Positions 40,290-51,077 are shown, counted from the first letter of the stretch. The stretch: DNA of 64,000 nt from Gemmatimonas sp. (GCA_965279375.1 OZ257156.1:2848001-2912000), one strand, 5' to 3'. Numbers and translations are program-made. Notes: generated by a model from the sequence alone, not told the origin.

Positions 40290-41582
40290 ATGTTCGATAC
40301 GACGACGCGCACGGTGGTGGTGGTCGGCGCGCAGTGGGGCGACGAGGGCAAGGGAAAGCTGGTGGACGTCCTTGCCGAAAAGGCCGACTGGGTGGTGCGC
40401 TATCAGGGCGGCGCCAACGCCGGACACACTGTGCACATCGGCGACAAGTCGTTCGTGCTCCATCAGATACCGAGCGGCATCCTGCACCCCGGTGTGCGCT
40501 GCGCGATCGGCAACGGCGTGGTGATGGATCCCGAGACGCTCTTCGTGGAAGTGGATGAGCTCGTGGCCGACGGCGTGGACGTCGAAGGACGGCTCTATCT
40601 GTCCGAGCGCGCGCACCTCGTCATGCCGTACCACAAGGCGATGGACAAGGCCTCCGCGGCCAGCAAGGCGATCGGCACGACTGGGCGCGGCATTGGGCCC
40701 GCGTACGAGGACAAGGTGGCCCGCCGTGGCGTGCGCGTGCTGGACCTGCGTTACCCCGAGCGTCTCCGCGAGATGGTCGCCGCCGGCGTGGAGCGGGCCA
40801 ACGCCCAGCTCGAGCGCTCGGGCTCGGACGTGCGAGCCTCGGTGGAAGACTCGATGGCCGCACTGGCGCAGCTGACGCCGCGGCTGCTGTCCATCGCGGA
40901 CGACGTCGGGCTGTGTGTGCACCGCGCCATCAAGAGCGGTGCGGCGATCCTGCTGGAAGGTGCGCAGGGGTCGATGCTCGACATCGATCACGGCACCTAC
41001 CCGTTCGTGACGTCCAGCAACACCACCACCGGCGGGGCAGCAACCGGTGTGGGCATTTCGCCCATGGCGATCGACTACGCGCTGGGCGTGGTGAAGGCCT
41101 ACACGACGCGCGTGGGCAACGGCCCGCTGCCGACGGAGTTCGACGAGCCGCTCCAAACCAACGTGCGCACGCTCGGCAATGAATTCGGTGCCACGACGGG
41201 TCGCGCGCGTCGGTGCGGCTGGTTCGACGGCGTCGTGGTGCGCTATGCCGCGCGCGTGAACGGACTGACGGGCCTCGCGGTCACCAAGCTCGACGTCCTC
41301 GACACGCTCGAGCAGTTGGCCGTGTGCACCGGCTATCGCGTGGACGGCGAAGTGCTGACCGAATTCCCGGCCGACGTGCAGATGCTCGACCGCGCAGAGC
41401 CAGTGTACGAGTGGTTCCCCGGTTGGCGCACGCCCACGCAACACGCGCGCAAGCTGGAAGATCTGCCGTCGGAAGCGCGCGCCTATCTCGACCGCATCGA
41501 ACAGTTGTGCGAAACCCCGATCGCTTTCGTCAGCGTGGGGACACGTCGCGATCAGATCATCGGAGTGCACGCGACCGTCTGA
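40290..41582 (+). CDS. purA: Adenylosuccinate synthetase
   Basis: GAQWGDEGKGK, GGANAGHT, EGAQG, GTYPFVTSS, TKLDVLD. Confidence 0.98.
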   Translation: MFDTTTRTVVVVGAQWGDEGKGKLVDVLAEKADWVVRYQGGANAGHTVHIGDKSFVLHQIPSGILHPGVRCAIGNGVVMDPETLFVEVDELVADGVDVEGRLYLSERAHLVMPYHKAMDKASAASKAIGTTGRGIGPAYEDKVARRGVRVLDLRYPERLREMVAAGVERANAQLERSGSDVRASVEDSMAALAQLTPRLLSIADDVGLCVHRAIKSGAAILLEGAQGSMLDIDHGTYPFVTSSNTTTGGAATGVGISPMAIDYALGVVKAYTTRVGNGPLPTEFDEPLQTNVRTLGNEFGATTGRARRCGWFDGVVVRYAARVNGLTGLAVTKLDVLDTLEQLAVCTGYRVDGEVLTEFPADVQMLDRAEPVYEWFPGWRTPTQHARKLEDLPSEARAYLDRIEQLCETPIAFVSVGTRRDQIIGVHATV

Positions 41583-42631
41583 TGACGACCGGAGCGGAGT
41601 CCGCGGCCGTTGACGGAGCGGTGGCGTCGGCGATGTCAGTGGACGTGCTCATTGCCGGCGCCGGGCCGTGCGGGCTCGCCTGCGCGATTGCGGCGCAGAA
41701 GGCGGGGCTCTCCGCGGTGGTGATCGATCGTGGACCGATCGTCAGCGGGATCGCGAGCTACCCGACGTACATGTCGTTTTTTTCGACGGCTGAGCGGCTG
41801 TCCATCGGCGGGCTGCCATTCGTGGTGGCCACCGAGAAGCCGACGCGGCGCGATGCGTTGGCGTACTACCGCAACGTGGCCACGCACTATCAGCTCGACG
41901 TGCGCCAGTTCGAGACGGTGCAGTCGTTGACACCCTTCGCTGGGTCCGCCGCGACGGCTGAACGCCCGGCACGCTGGGCGGTGCAGACTCGCCGCCGCAG
42001 TGGGGCATCGGTGGTCTACCATGCACACGCGGTCGTCGTCGCCACGGGCTACTTTGGTCGCCCCAATCGGCTCGGCGTACCCGGAGAGTCACTGCCGCAT
42101 GTGCAGCACGGCTACACCGAAGGGCACAGCGCCTGGAGCGAGCCGGTGGTCATCATCGGTGGCGGTAACTCCGCGGTGGACGCCGCACTGGACATGCATC
42201 GCGCGGGTGCGCGGGTAACCATCGTCCACTTTCTCCCCGAGCTCGACGTCAAGATCAAGCCGTGGGTGCGACCGGAAATCAATGCGCGCATCGCCGACGG
42301 CAGCATTCGCGCGTGCTTCGAGTCGCGCGTCGTGGCGATCGAGGCGGAGCAGGTGGTCATCGCTGGCCCCAACGGCGAGGAGCACGTGCCCGCCACGCAG
42401 GTTTACGCGATGACCGGCTACCTGCCGGAGACCGGGCTGCTGGAGCAGGCGCAGGTCCCGATCGACGCTACAACCGGAATTCCACAGCATGACCCTGCTA
42501 CGATGGCGACGCCCTTGCCGGGTCTCTACCTTGCTGGGGTGATCGCGTCGGGGTTCGACGCGAACAAGATCTTCATCGAGAACGGTCGCGATCACGGCGA
42601 CCGAATTGCTGCCCACGTCATTTCCCACTGA
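41582..42631 (+). CDS. ypdA: YpdA family putative bacillithiol disulfide reductase
   Basis: [52 protein letters not shown]. Confidence 0.88.
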   Translation: MTTGAESAAVDGAVASAMSVDVLIAGAGPCGLACAIAAQKAGLSAVVIDRGPIVSGIASYPTYMSFFSTAERLSIGGLPFVVATEKPTRRDALAYYRNVATHYQLDVRQFETVQSLTPFAGSAATAERPARWAVQTRRRSGASVVYHAHAVVVATGYFGRPNRLGVPGESLPHVQHGYTEGHSAWSEPVVIIGGGNSAVDAALDMHRAGARVTIVHFLPELDVKIKPWVRPEINARIADGSIRACFESRVVAIEAEQVVIAGPNGEEHVPATQVYAMTGYLPETGLLEQAQVPIDATTGIPQHDPATMATPLPGLYLAGVIASGFDANKIFIENGRDHGDRIAAHVISH

Positions 42632-42638
42632 ACCGATC

Positions 42639-43985
42639 ATGTCGAGCACGCCAGACGTCATGGACAAACTCGTGTCGCTGTGCAAGCGCCGCGGCTTCAT
42701 CTTCCAGTCGTCCGAGATCTACGGCGGCACCGGTTCCGTGTGGGACTACGGTCCACTCGGCGTCGAACTGAAAAAGAACATCAAGGATCGCTGGTGGAAC
42801 GCGATGGTGCGTTCGCGCGATGACATCGAAGGGCTCGATGCGGCGATCCTCATGCATCCGCGCACCTGGGAAGCGAGCGGCCACGTCGCCGGCTTCGTGG
42901 ATCCGCTCGTGGATTGCAAGACGTGCAAGGGCCGCTTTCGCGCCGACAAGCTCGAAGACGCACGCTGCCCGCAGAAGCCGAGCAAGCAGCCGGGGCAGGC
43001 CGACCAGTGCCAGCTCACGGAAGCGCGCAATTTCAACCTCATGTTCAAGACGCACATGGGCGCGCTCGAAGAGAGCGCGAGCATCGTCTATCTGCGCCCG
43101 GAAACGGCGCAGGGCATCTTCGTGAACTTCCTGAACGTGCAGCAGTCGATGCGCCAGAAAGTGCCGTTCGGCATCGCGCAGATCGGCAAGGCGTTCCGCA
43201 ACGAAATCACGCCGGGCAATTTCATCTTCCGCACGCGTGAGTTCGAGCAGATGGAGATGCAGTTCTTCGTCGAGCCGGGCACGGACATGGAGTGGTTCGA
43301 CCAGTGGAAGCAGCTGCGCATGCAGTGGCACTACGATCTGGGGCTCTCGCCTGATCGCCTGCGCTTCCATCAGCACAAGGACGGCGAGTTGGCGCACTAT
43401 GCGCGCGCGGCGTTCGACGTGACGTTCGACTTCGGCGGCACGCTCGGCTTCCAGGAAATCGAGGGTGTGCACAATCGTGGTGACTTCGACCTGACGCAGC
43501 ACCAGACGTACTCCAACAAGAAGCTCGAGTACTTCGATCAGGTGAACAACAAGCGCTACGTGCCGTACGTGATCGAGACCTCGGTGGGTGCGGATCGTGT
43601 CACGCTTGCGGCGCTGGTGAACGCCTATCGCGAAGAGAGCGTCGAGGGTGAGGACGAAGGGCGCGTGGTGCTTGGTCTGCATCCATCCATCGCACCGATC
43701 AAGGCGGCGATCTTCCCGCTCACCAAGAAGGACGGTCAGCCGGACTTCGCGCGCAACATCCTCAACGATCTGCGCAAGCAGTTCCCGGTGGACTTCGACG
43801 AAACTGGCTCCATCGGCAAGCGCTACCGTCGTCAGGATGAAGTCGGCACACCGTTCTGCATCACGGTGGACCCGCAGTCACTCACCGATCAAACGGTCAC
43901 CGTGCGTGACCGCGACTCGCTGGCGCAGGATCGCGTGGATGTGAGCCAGCTCTCGGCGTACCTCAGCGCCAAACTCGCGCGCTGA
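42639..43985 (+). CDS. glyQS: Glycine-tRNA ligase (alpha2 type)
   Basis: [42 protein letters not shown]. Confidence 0.96.
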   Translation: MSSTPDVMDKLVSLCKRRGFIFQSSEIYGGTGSVWDYGPLGVELKKNIKDRWWNAMVRSRDDIEGLDAAILMHPRTWEASGHVAGFVDPLVDCKTCKGRFRADKLEDARCPQKPSKQPGQADQCQLTEARNFNLMFKTHMGALEESASIVYLRPETAQGIFVNFLNVQQSMRQKVPFGIAQIGKAFRNEITPGNFIFRTREFEQMEMQFFVEPGTDMEWFDQWKQLRMQWHYDLGLSPDRLRFHQHKDGELAHYARAAFDVTFDFGGTLGFQEIEGVHNRGDFDLTQHQTYSNKKLEYFDQVNNKRYVPYVIETSVGADRVTLAALVNAYREESVEGEDEGRVVLGLHPSIAPIKAAIFPLTKKDGQPDFARNILNDLRKQFPVDFDETGSIGKRYRRQDEVGTPFCITVDPQSLTDQTVTVRDRDSLAQDRVDVSQLSAYLSAKLAR

Positions 43986-44009
43986 GTCGTCGTGCGGGGA
44001 CTCGAGCCG

Positions 44010-45440
44010 CTAGCGCAGCGGCTCGAGTTTCCCGAGAATCGTCGGAAGGAATTCCGTGACCGTGGGGTGCACCGGCAAGTAGTCACGGAGCACGGTGTAC
44101 GGGGCGTTCGCAGCCATCATCGCGCAGATCACCTGCACAACTTCGTCGCCGCTGATGCCAAACACCGTCGCGCCGGCGAATCGCTGTGTGTCCGCATCGA
44201 CGATCAGTTTGATGATGCCCTGAGTTTCGCCTTCTTCCTTGGCTCGGCTCACGAGGCGCATTTCGTGTGTTGCGAGGAGGAACTTCCGCCCCGTCGCCAT
44301 CTGTTGGCGGGCATCGGCCTCTGAGATTCCCACGCGACCGATTGGCGGATCCGTGTAGACGGCATACGTAGCAACGCGGCCGTCCGCGGTGCGTGAGCCG
44401 CCCCGGTGATTGGCCAAGACGATCTCGTGGTCCTGCCAACTCGTGTGCGTGAAGGCACCGCGTCGATTCACGTCGCCAAGCGCGTAGATGCCCGGCACGT
44501 TAGTCTGCAATCCGCCGTTAACCGACACGTAGCCTTGCGCATCGGTCGTCACGCCCACGCTCTCCAGCCCCAGCGTCGCGGTGTTCGGCGCGCGACCGGT
44601 GGCCACCAGCAGGTGCGAGCCATGTACCTCGAAGAGTGCACTGTCCTTGCCACGCGTGCCGCGAATCGTCACCGCTGTCCCAGACGTTCCCGCCGCATCA
44701 GTGACCTTGGCACCGACCACGAGCTCGACGCCCTCTTCCCGCAGTAGTTCCTCGAGCCGTGTGCTCACCTCGCGGTCTTCCCGCGCAACGAGTGTGGGCG
44801 AGCCCTCGATGATGGTGACCTGACAGCCAAGGCGCCGAAAGATCTGACCAAGCTCCACGCCGATATAGCTGCCGCCGAGAATCAATAAGTGCGCGGGCAG
44901 GTCGCGAAGCGCGAGAAGGGAATCATTCAACAGTGCGCCAACGCTCGAGAGGCCCGGAACTGGCGGCATCGTCGCCCGCGTTCCGACGTTGAGATAGACC
45001 CGCTCCGCGAGAAATGTCTGCGACCCCGCGCGTACCACGAACGCATCACAGTCTCGACCGTCGAGGCGAGCGAACTCCCGCACCAGCGTGAGATTCGGGG
45101 TGTTCGTCACCCACCGTGTGAGGCCATCCCGGGAGTTCTGCACCACGCCGGCCATGCGCTCCATTGCGGCCGGAAAGTCGACGCGAATCTCGCCGACGTG
45201 TACGCCGAAGTCAGCCGCACGACGCGCCATGTGCGCCACGCGTGCGCTCTTTCGGAGCGTCTTGGTGGGGGTGCACCCCGAATTGACGCATGTGCCGCCG
45301 AGTTGTGCGCCTTCAAAGAGCACGACGGTCTCGCCGTCGCCAGCGAGGGCCGTCGCGAGTGCTGGACCCGCTTGTCCACTGCCGATGACTGCAGCATCGA
45401 CCCGCGTTGCTGCGACGTCGAGTCCATGCGTGGTCGTCAC
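44010..45440 (-). CDS. Pyridine nucleotide-disulfide oxidoreductase (MerA/RclA/LpdA-like, no C-terminal CC)
   Basis: GSGQAG, GGTCVNSGCTPTK redox pair, GGSYIG.E, HPTVTE; GTGA overlap with the DUF427 gene. Confidence 0.85.
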   Translation of the reverse strand: MTTTHGLDVAATRVDAAVIGSGQAGPALATALAGDGETVVLFEGAQLGGTCVNSGCTPTKTLRKSARVAHMARRAADFGVHVGEIRVDFPAAMERMAGVVQNSRDGLTRWVTNTPNLTLVREFARLDGRDCDAFVVRAGSQTFLAERVYLNVGTRATMPPVPGLSSVGALLNDSLLALRDLPAHLLILGGSYIGVELGQIFRRLGCQVTIIEGSPTLVAREDREVSTRLEELLREEGVELVVGAKVTDAAGTSGTAVTIRGTRGKDSALFEVHGSHLLVATGRAPNTATLGLESVGVTTDAQGYVSVNGGLQTNVPGIYALGDVNRRGAFTHTSWQDHEIVLANHRGGSRTADGRVATYAVYTDPPIGRVGISEADARQQMATGRKFLLATHEMRLVSRAKEEGETQGIIKLIVDADTQRFAGATVFGISGDEVVQVICAMMAANAPYTVLRDYLPVHPTVTEFLPTILGKLEPLR

Positions 45441-45718
45441 GGAACGACCTTCACACCCTTCCAGAACGCCACGCGATCCGCGACGGCTTCCGCCCCGCTC
45501 TTGGGCGTCGGGTAGTACCACACTGCATTCGCGTTCTCTGCGCCGTTCACCTGCAGCGTGTAGTAGCTCGCCACGCCCTTCCAGCCACAGGTGGTGTGGT
45601 GATCGCTCTCCTGCACGTACTCACGCGCCAGCGAAGCCATGGGGAAGTAGTGATTCCCCTCGACGACAACCGTGTCGTTGGACTCGGCGATGACGACATC
45701 GTTCCACAATGCTTTCAT
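45437..45718 (-). CDS. DUF427 family protein
   Basis: IAESNDTVVVEGNHYFP, TCGWKGVASYY, AVWYYP.P, VAFW. Confidence 0.88.
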   Translation of the reverse strand: MKALWNDVVIAESNDTVVVEGNHYFPMASLAREYVQESDHHTTCGWKGVASYYTLQVNGAENANAVWYYPTPKSGAEAVADRVAFWKGVKVVP

Positions 45719-45767
45719 GTCGGTGCTCCTGATGTGCGCGCGATGGCGCACGGAATGAGAAGTGTCG

Positions 45768-46733
45768 TCAGACCGGCTCGAGCCACGCGACCCAGAACCA
45801 CTGCTTCGCGTCGGTGAACAGCTCGGCGATACGAAATCCACCATCGGCCACGACCTTCTCCAGTCGCGGACGATCGTACTTGTATGAGCATTCGGTGCGC
45901 ACCGTCTCGCCGGCGGCGAAGGTGATCGATTCACCTTGCAGCATGACGTGCTGCGGCGACAGCGCTTCGAGGTGCATCTCGATGCGACTGGCGTTGTCGT
46001 TGAAGAACGCCTTGTGCTGAAAGCCGGCGCGGGAGAACGTCGCGCGGAACTCGCGATTCAGATGCGTGAGCGCGTTCAGGTTGAATTCTGCCGTCACGCC
46101 AGCCGCATCGTTGTAGGCGGCGTGCAGCAGCCGTGGGTCCTTGCGGCGATCGACGCCGAGGATCAGGCCGCCGTTGTCGCCCACTGTGTCACGGACGCGT
46201 CGAAGAAAGGCACTCGCCTCGTCTGGGTGCAGATTGCCGATCGTGGAGCCCGGGAAAAAGCCCACGCGACGCGCCCCTTCGGGCATCTCCGGGAGATCGA
46301 ACGGCTCGGTGTAGTCCGCCCACACCGGCAGCACCGACACCGACGGATACTCGATCGCGCGTTCGGCCGCGACCGCGTGCAGCTGCTCGCGCGAGACATC
46401 CACGGGCACGTACGCTGCGGCGTTGCGCAGCGCGCTCAGCAGATAGCGCACCTTGATGGCCGCTCCACTGCCGAACTCGATGATCGCGGCATTCTCTCCG
46501 ATCCGGTCGGCGAGATCGCCCGCGTGCTCCTTGAGGATCGCGTGCTCGGTTCGCGTGAGATAGTACTCGGGGAGACGGGTGATCTCCTCGAACAGCTCGG
46601 CGCCCCGTGCGTCGTAGAAGAGCGCCGCAGGAAGCGTCTTGGGCGAGCTGCGCAGTCCGTCGAGCGCGGCGGCGCGCAACAGTGCCGGCGCGGCATCGGG
46701 GCCCGCGCCGTAGCGCCATGGTGTTGCCGTCAT
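45768..46733 (-). CDS. egtD: L-histidine N-alpha-methyltransferase
   Basis: FYDARG..LFE.IT.LPEYYLTR, GSTIGN, AYND..GVT..FN.N, RIEMHL, TECSYKY. Confidence 0.94.
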   Translation of the reverse strand: MTATPWRYGAGPDAAPALLRAAALDGLRSSPKTLPAALFYDARGAELFEEITRLPEYYLTRTEHAILKEHAGDLADRIGENAAIIEFGSGAAIKVRYLLSALRNAAAYVPVDVSREQLHAVAAERAIEYPSVSVLPVWADYTEPFDLPEMPEGARRVGFFPGSTIGNLHPDEASAFLRRVRDTVGDNGGLILGVDRRKDPRLLHAAYNDAAGVTAEFNLNALTHLNREFRATFSRAGFQHKAFFNDNASRIEMHLEALSPQHVMLQGESITFAAGETVRTECSYKYDRPRLEKVVADGGFRIAELFTDAKQWFWVAWLEPV

Positions 46734-48004
46734 GCGAGATCCTTGGCCAATCGTATGCCCGTGAACTGCCAGCGGGCATCGCTCGGGAAAAAGTTGCGAT
46801 AGGTAGCGCGTGCATGACTGGCCGGCGTTGCGCACGAGGCACCGCGCAACACCCACTGATCGCTCATCCACTTGCCATTGTATTCGCCGAGTGCGCCGTC
46901 GGAGGCACGATAGCCCGGATAGGCGACGTAGGCGCTCTGCGTCCATTGCCACACATCGCCGAAGAGCTGTTGCATGCCGGACGTGGCGTCGGCGCTGGGG
47001 TGGAACAGCTGCGCGTCGACGTAGCGTCCCGAGAGCGGCGCACCCTGCGCGATCACTTCCCACTCGGCCTCGGTGGGCAGGCGTACACCGGCCCAGCGCG
47101 CATACGCATCGGCTTCGAAGTAGCTGACGTGCGTGACCGGCGCGTGCGGATCGATGAGCGCTGTTCCTGCGAGGGTGAACTCCTGCCAGGCGCCGTCGTG
47201 CTGCTCCCAGTAGAGTGGCGCGCGCCAGCGGAATTCCTGCACCGTGGCCCATCCACGGCTGAGCCACAGCTCCGGACGACGGTAGCCACCATCCGCGATG
47301 AACTCCGCGAATTCGGCGTTGGTTGTGAGGCGATGTGCAACGGCGACATGCTGCACGTACTCGCGGTGCGTGGGGCCTTCGTTGTCGAAATGAAAGCCGT
47401 CGCCGCGGTAGCCGATTTCACGCACACCCGCGTCGATCTCCTTCCAACCGTTGGGCGCTGCGGGCGCACTCGCGCGCGCACTGTCGCGGTAGACGGGACG
47501 CATTGGGTTCGTCCAGAAGACATGCTTGATGTCGGTGAGCAGTAGCTCCTGATGCTGCTGCTCGTGGTGCAGCCCAAGCTCGACGACATCAGCGGCGGGG
47601 TGCGACGGATCTGCCTGTACACGCACAATCAGCTCGTGCATGTGCGCGTCCACGTGCGCGCGGTAGGCGTACACTTCCTCGACCGTCGGTCGCGTGACAA
47701 GTCCTCGCTGGGCCCGACAGTGACGCTCTCCTGCCTGCACGTAGTACGAGTTGAAGAGAAACGCGTACTTGGGATTGAGCGCCGTGTAACCAGGCAGATG
47801 CGGGGCGAGCGCGAACGTCTCGAAGAACCAGCTCGTGTGCGCCAGGTGCCACTTGGTGGGACTGACGTCGGGCATGCTGCTGACGACATAGTCCTCGGTG
47901 CAGAGCGGCGTACACAACTGCTCCGTCGCGCTGCGTACGTCGCGATAGCGCGCCAACAGGTTCGCGGACGCGAGCGCCGTTGGCATGGGAAGGACGGAGG
48001 TCAT
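46730..48004 (-). CDS. egtB: Ergothioneine biosynthesis sulfoxide synthase
   Basis: SP.KWHLAHT.WFFE, FNSYY, HEQQHQEL, FGE-like domain, YRNFF. Confidence 0.94.
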   Translation of the reverse strand: MTSVLPMPTALASANLLARYRDVRSATEQLCTPLCTEDYVVSSMPDVSPTKWHLAHTSWFFETFALAPHLPGYTALNPKYAFLFNSYYVQAGERHCRAQRGLVTRPTVEEVYAYRAHVDAHMHELIVRVQADPSHPAADVVELGLHHEQQHQELLLTDIKHVFWTNPMRPVYRDSARASAPAAPNGWKEIDAGVREIGYRGDGFHFDNEGPTHREYVQHVAVAHRLTTNAEFAEFIADGGYRRPELWLSRGWATVQEFRWRAPLYWEQHDGAWQEFTLAGTALIDPHAPVTHVSYFEADAYARWAGVRLPTEAEWEVIAQGAPLSGRYVDAQLFHPSADATSGMQQLFGDVWQWTQSAYVAYPGYRASDGALGEYNGKWMSDQWVLRGASCATPASHARATYRNFFPSDARWQFTGIRLAKDLA

Positions 48005-48161
48005 GGTTGCGGGGCGGCGGATGGCGGGAGCAACGAGACGGTGCGAAGACGGAGACAGGAAATCTGGTCGGCTCGCGGCCGCGAGACACGTGTCAACCTC
48101 ACTTAACCGTTAGGTGGGCGAGGAGTTCCCGCGCACGCGTCCGCGGGCGACATTCCCGAAT

Positions 48162-48914
48162 ATGGCCCTCGATCTCCGCGTGAGCGCGCTCACACATCGT
48201 TACGCGCAGGTGATCGCGCTGGACTCGGTATCCGTTGCCGTGCCCGCCGGAACGCTGTTGGCGCTCGTCGGAGAAAGCGGGTCGGGCAAGACGACGCTGC
48301 TGCGCACGTTCAATCGCACCGTCACGCCGGCCGCCGGTTCGGTCTTTGTGGCCGATGAAGATGTCACCACGCTCGATCCTGTAAGCTTGCGCCGTCGCAT
48401 CGGGTACGTGCCGCAGTCAGGCGGGCTGCTGCCGCATTGGACCGTTGGACGGAATGTGGCGCTCGTGCCAACGCTCATCGGTGCGCCGGATCCGACCGCA
48501 GCGGCGCGTAGCGCGCTCGAACGGTGTGGACTCGCGCCGGCTACCTACGCCGATCGCTACCCGCATGAGCTGTCCGGAGGCCAGCGGCAGCGCGTGGCCC
48601 TCGCCCGGGCGCTGGCGGCCGAGCAGGGCGCGGTTCTGCTCGACGAATCGTTCAGTGCACTGGACGCGATATCCCGGCACGAACTGATCGAGGCGTTCGC
48701 ATCGATTCGTGCGAAGCTGGGCTTCACGGCCGTGCTCGTCACCCATGATCTCGGAGAGGCCGCGCGACTGGCCGACTCGATCGCCGTCATGCGTGCTGGC
48801 CGCATCGAGCAGGTCGGCACGCTGCATGAACTCATGGCGCAACCGGCGTCGCCGTATGTTGACGAGTTGGTGACTCGGGCGCGAACGTCGGCGAAGTTGT
48901 TGGTGGACGCATGA
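48162..48914 (+). CDS. ABC transporter ATP-binding protein (osmoprotectant/EgtV-like)
   Basis: GESGSGKTT, LRRRIGYVPQ, LSGGQRQRV, LLDE.FSALD, VTHD. Confidence 0.9.
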   Translation: MALDLRVSALTHRYAQVIALDSVSVAVPAGTLLALVGESGSGKTTLLRTFNRTVTPAAGSVFVADEDVTTLDPVSLRRRIGYVPQSGGLLPHWTVGRNVALVPTLIGAPDPTAAARSALERCGLAPATYADRYPHELSGGQRQRVALARALAAEQGAVLLDESFSALDAISRHELIEAFASIRAKLGFTAVLVTHDLGEAARLADSIAVMRAGRIEQVGTLHELMAQPASPYVDELVTRARTSAKLLVDA

Positions 48915-50488
48915 TGCGCTACGTCGCAGCCGGGTTCATGGCGATGTTGCTGTTCATTCGACCTCTCGAGGCGCAGCGGGACAGCTCGTCCGCGCGCACG
49001 CGCGCGATCGTGGTGGCGTCCAAGCCGTTCGGCGAATCGCTGCTGCTCGGCGAGATGTTCGCGCAGTTGCTCGAGCGCTCGGGGCGTCGCGTGGAACGGA
49101 AGCTTGGACTGGGCGCGACCGATGTGGCGTTTCAGGCCTTACGCGTCGACGCAGTAGACGTGTACCCGGAGTACACGGGCACCGGACTCATCGCGATTCT
49201 GGGCGATTCGGTCACCGCTGCAATGCGTGCCGATCCGCGACGTGCCTTCGCGCATGTGGCGTCGATGAGTCTGCGGCGATTCGGCGTGACGTGGCTCGCG
49301 CCGTTGGGCTTTCAGAACGGGTACGCCATCGCTGTGCGCGCAGAAACGGCGACGCGCTATCAGCTGCGCACGCTGTCCGATCTGGCCGCATCGAAGGCTC
49401 CGCTCGTCGGTGGATTCACCTCCGACTTCATCGGTCGCAATGATGGCTGGCCGGGGTTGCAGCGTGCGTATGGGTTGCAACTCAAGGCGGTCAAGCCACT
49501 CGCGCCGGCGATCAAGTACGAAGCGCTCGCACAGCGTGGTGTCGATATCATCGACGGCTATGCCACCGATGGACTGTTGGCCAAGTACGCACTCGTCGCG
49601 CTCGAAGACGATCGTCGGTTCTTCCCGCCGTACGACGCGGCCGCCGTCGTGTCGCGTCGGTTGGTGCACGACGATCCGGCGGCGCTCGCGGTGCTCACGC
49701 AATTGAGCGGACGCATTACCGAGTCCGACATGCGCGCGTGGAATCGTGCGATCGACGTGGACGCAGAGCCGGTGCCGCAGGTGGCGGCGCGCGCGTTGGC
49801 GTCGCTCTCGCTTAACGCGGATAGCACCGTGAGCGCCGTACCGGTGCGTAGCACGCAGGGCTTCTGGGCCTTCTTCTGGGCGCGGCGCGGTGAAACGCTG
49901 CGCCTGAGCGGCGAACACGCCACGCTCGTGCTGGTCTCGCTGCTGCTCGCGTTGGTGCTCGCCATCCCGCTGGGACTCTGGCTCTCGTCGCGACCGCGTG
50001 TCGCAGAGCCTGTGTTGCAACTGTTCGGCGTGGTGCAAACCGTGCCGAGCATCGCGTTGCTGGTGTTCATGATTCCGTTGCTGGGGATCGGTACCGTGCC
50101 GGCGATCATCGCGCTCTGGGCGTACGCGCTGTTGCCGATCGCGCGCGCCACGTACACCAGTGTGCGGCTCGCGGACCCCGATGCAGTGGCCGCGATTGCT
50201 GCTATGGGCGCGACACGTTCCCAGCAGCTCTGGTGGGTGCGACTGCCGCTGGCAGCACCGGTCATTCTCTCCGGCGTGCGAACTGCTGCCGTGCTCACTG
50301 TCGGTACAGCCACGCTCGGCGCCTTCATTGGCGCCGGCGGACTGGGGGAGCCGATCGTGACCGGGCTTGGGCTCGCGGATCCACGGCTGGTGTTGTCCGG
50401 AGCGTTGCCGGCCGCACTCATGGCGGTGCTCGTCGACGCACTGCTCGCGGCGCTGGCGAAACGACTGGCGCCGCCGCATCTGCGCTGA
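48911..50488 (+). CDS. Fused substrate-binding + permease protein, quaternary-amine ABC family (OpuBC/EgtU-like)
   Basis: Signal peptide; SK.F.E, YPEYTGT, QNGY, R.DG, YATDG, FFPPYD; permease QT.PSIAL, GAGGLG. Confidence 0.85.
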   Translation: MMRYVAAGFMAMLLFIRPLEAQRDSSSARTRAIVVASKPFGESLLLGEMFAQLLERSGRRVERKLGLGATDVAFQALRVDAVDVYPEYTGTGLIAILGDSVTAAMRADPRRAFAHVASMSLRRFGVTWLAPLGFQNGYAIAVRAETATRYQLRTLSDLAASKAPLVGGFTSDFIGRNDGWPGLQRAYGLQLKAVKPLAPAIKYEALAQRGVDIIDGYATDGLLAKYALVALEDDRRFFPPYDAAAVVSRRLVHDDPAALAVLTQLSGRITESDMRAWNRAIDVDAEPVPQVAARALASLSLNADSTVSAVPVRSTQGFWAFFWARRGETLRLSGEHATLVLVSLLLALVLAIPLGLWLSSRPRVAEPVLQLFGVVQTVPSIALLVFMIPLLGIGTVPAIIALWAYALLPIARATYTSVRLADPDAVAAIAAMGATRSQQLWWVRLPLAAPVILSGVRTAAVLTVGTATLGAFIGAGGLGEPIVTGLGLADPRLVLSGALPAALMAVLVDALLAALAKRLAPPHLR

Positions 50489-50647
50489 CGTCCGCGAAGG
50501 GGCGTCTTAACGCCGCCACAAATCGCACGTCTTCCTGAGTGACCGCAACACTGTTTCAACGAAGCTGACCTGCTCGATAGCCCAACGCGTTTGCAAGCAC
50601 GAGGGCGCCAATCGAGGGTCGCGTTCACTCCTCAGGAGGGTAGTCAC

Positions 50648-51043
50648 ATGCGTCGTCTACTTGTCACTCTTGGCCTCGCGCTCATCGCGGCACCGGTCGT
50701 TGCACTCCACGCACAGGCGCCCGTGCGGCGTGAAGTGCGTCAGCTGCATCGCGAGCAGCGCGATCTGCGTCAGTCCACCGTCGAACGTCGTCGCGACACG
50801 CGCGACCTCGCGCGCCAGTCCGCACAGCTGGGCGCCGCGCAGCGCGATCGACGTCATGCTGTCGCGACGCAGGATCCGGCAGCGATCCGTTCCGCCACGC
50901 GCCGCGTGCATCGCGAAGCGCGCGACGTGCAGCTGGCACGGCGTGAAGTGCGACGGGATACGCGTGAGGTCCGCGGCGATCGTCGGGACGTGCGCGGCGA
51001 GCGTCGCGACGTGGCGAGAGTGGTCCACCGTCGGCATCGCTAA
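50648..51043 (+). CDS. Secreted Arg/Asp-rich heptad-repeat protein
   Basis: AGGAGG SD; signal peptide; repeats RREVRQL/RRDTRDL/RRDTREV/RGDRRDV/RGERRDV. Confidence 0.75.
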   Translation: MRRLLVTLGLALIAAPVVALHAQAPVRREVRQLHREQRDLRQSTVERRRDTRDLARQSAQLGAAQRDRRHAVATQDPAAIRSATRRVHREARDVQLARREVRRDTREVRGDRRDVRGERRDVARVVHRRHR

Positions 51044-51077
51044 CGTCGAGGACGCGGTCACGCGCTCGAGCAGAAAC

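Noticed and set aside
39657..41570. 637-aa minus-strand ORF
   Set aside because: The 5' three-quarters is the antisense shadow of purA plus intergenic DNA; only 39657..40043 (PYP) looks real
44010..45440. Mercuric reductase merA / mercury resistance
   Set aside because: No C-terminal Cys-Cys pair, no NmerA domain and no mer genes nearby
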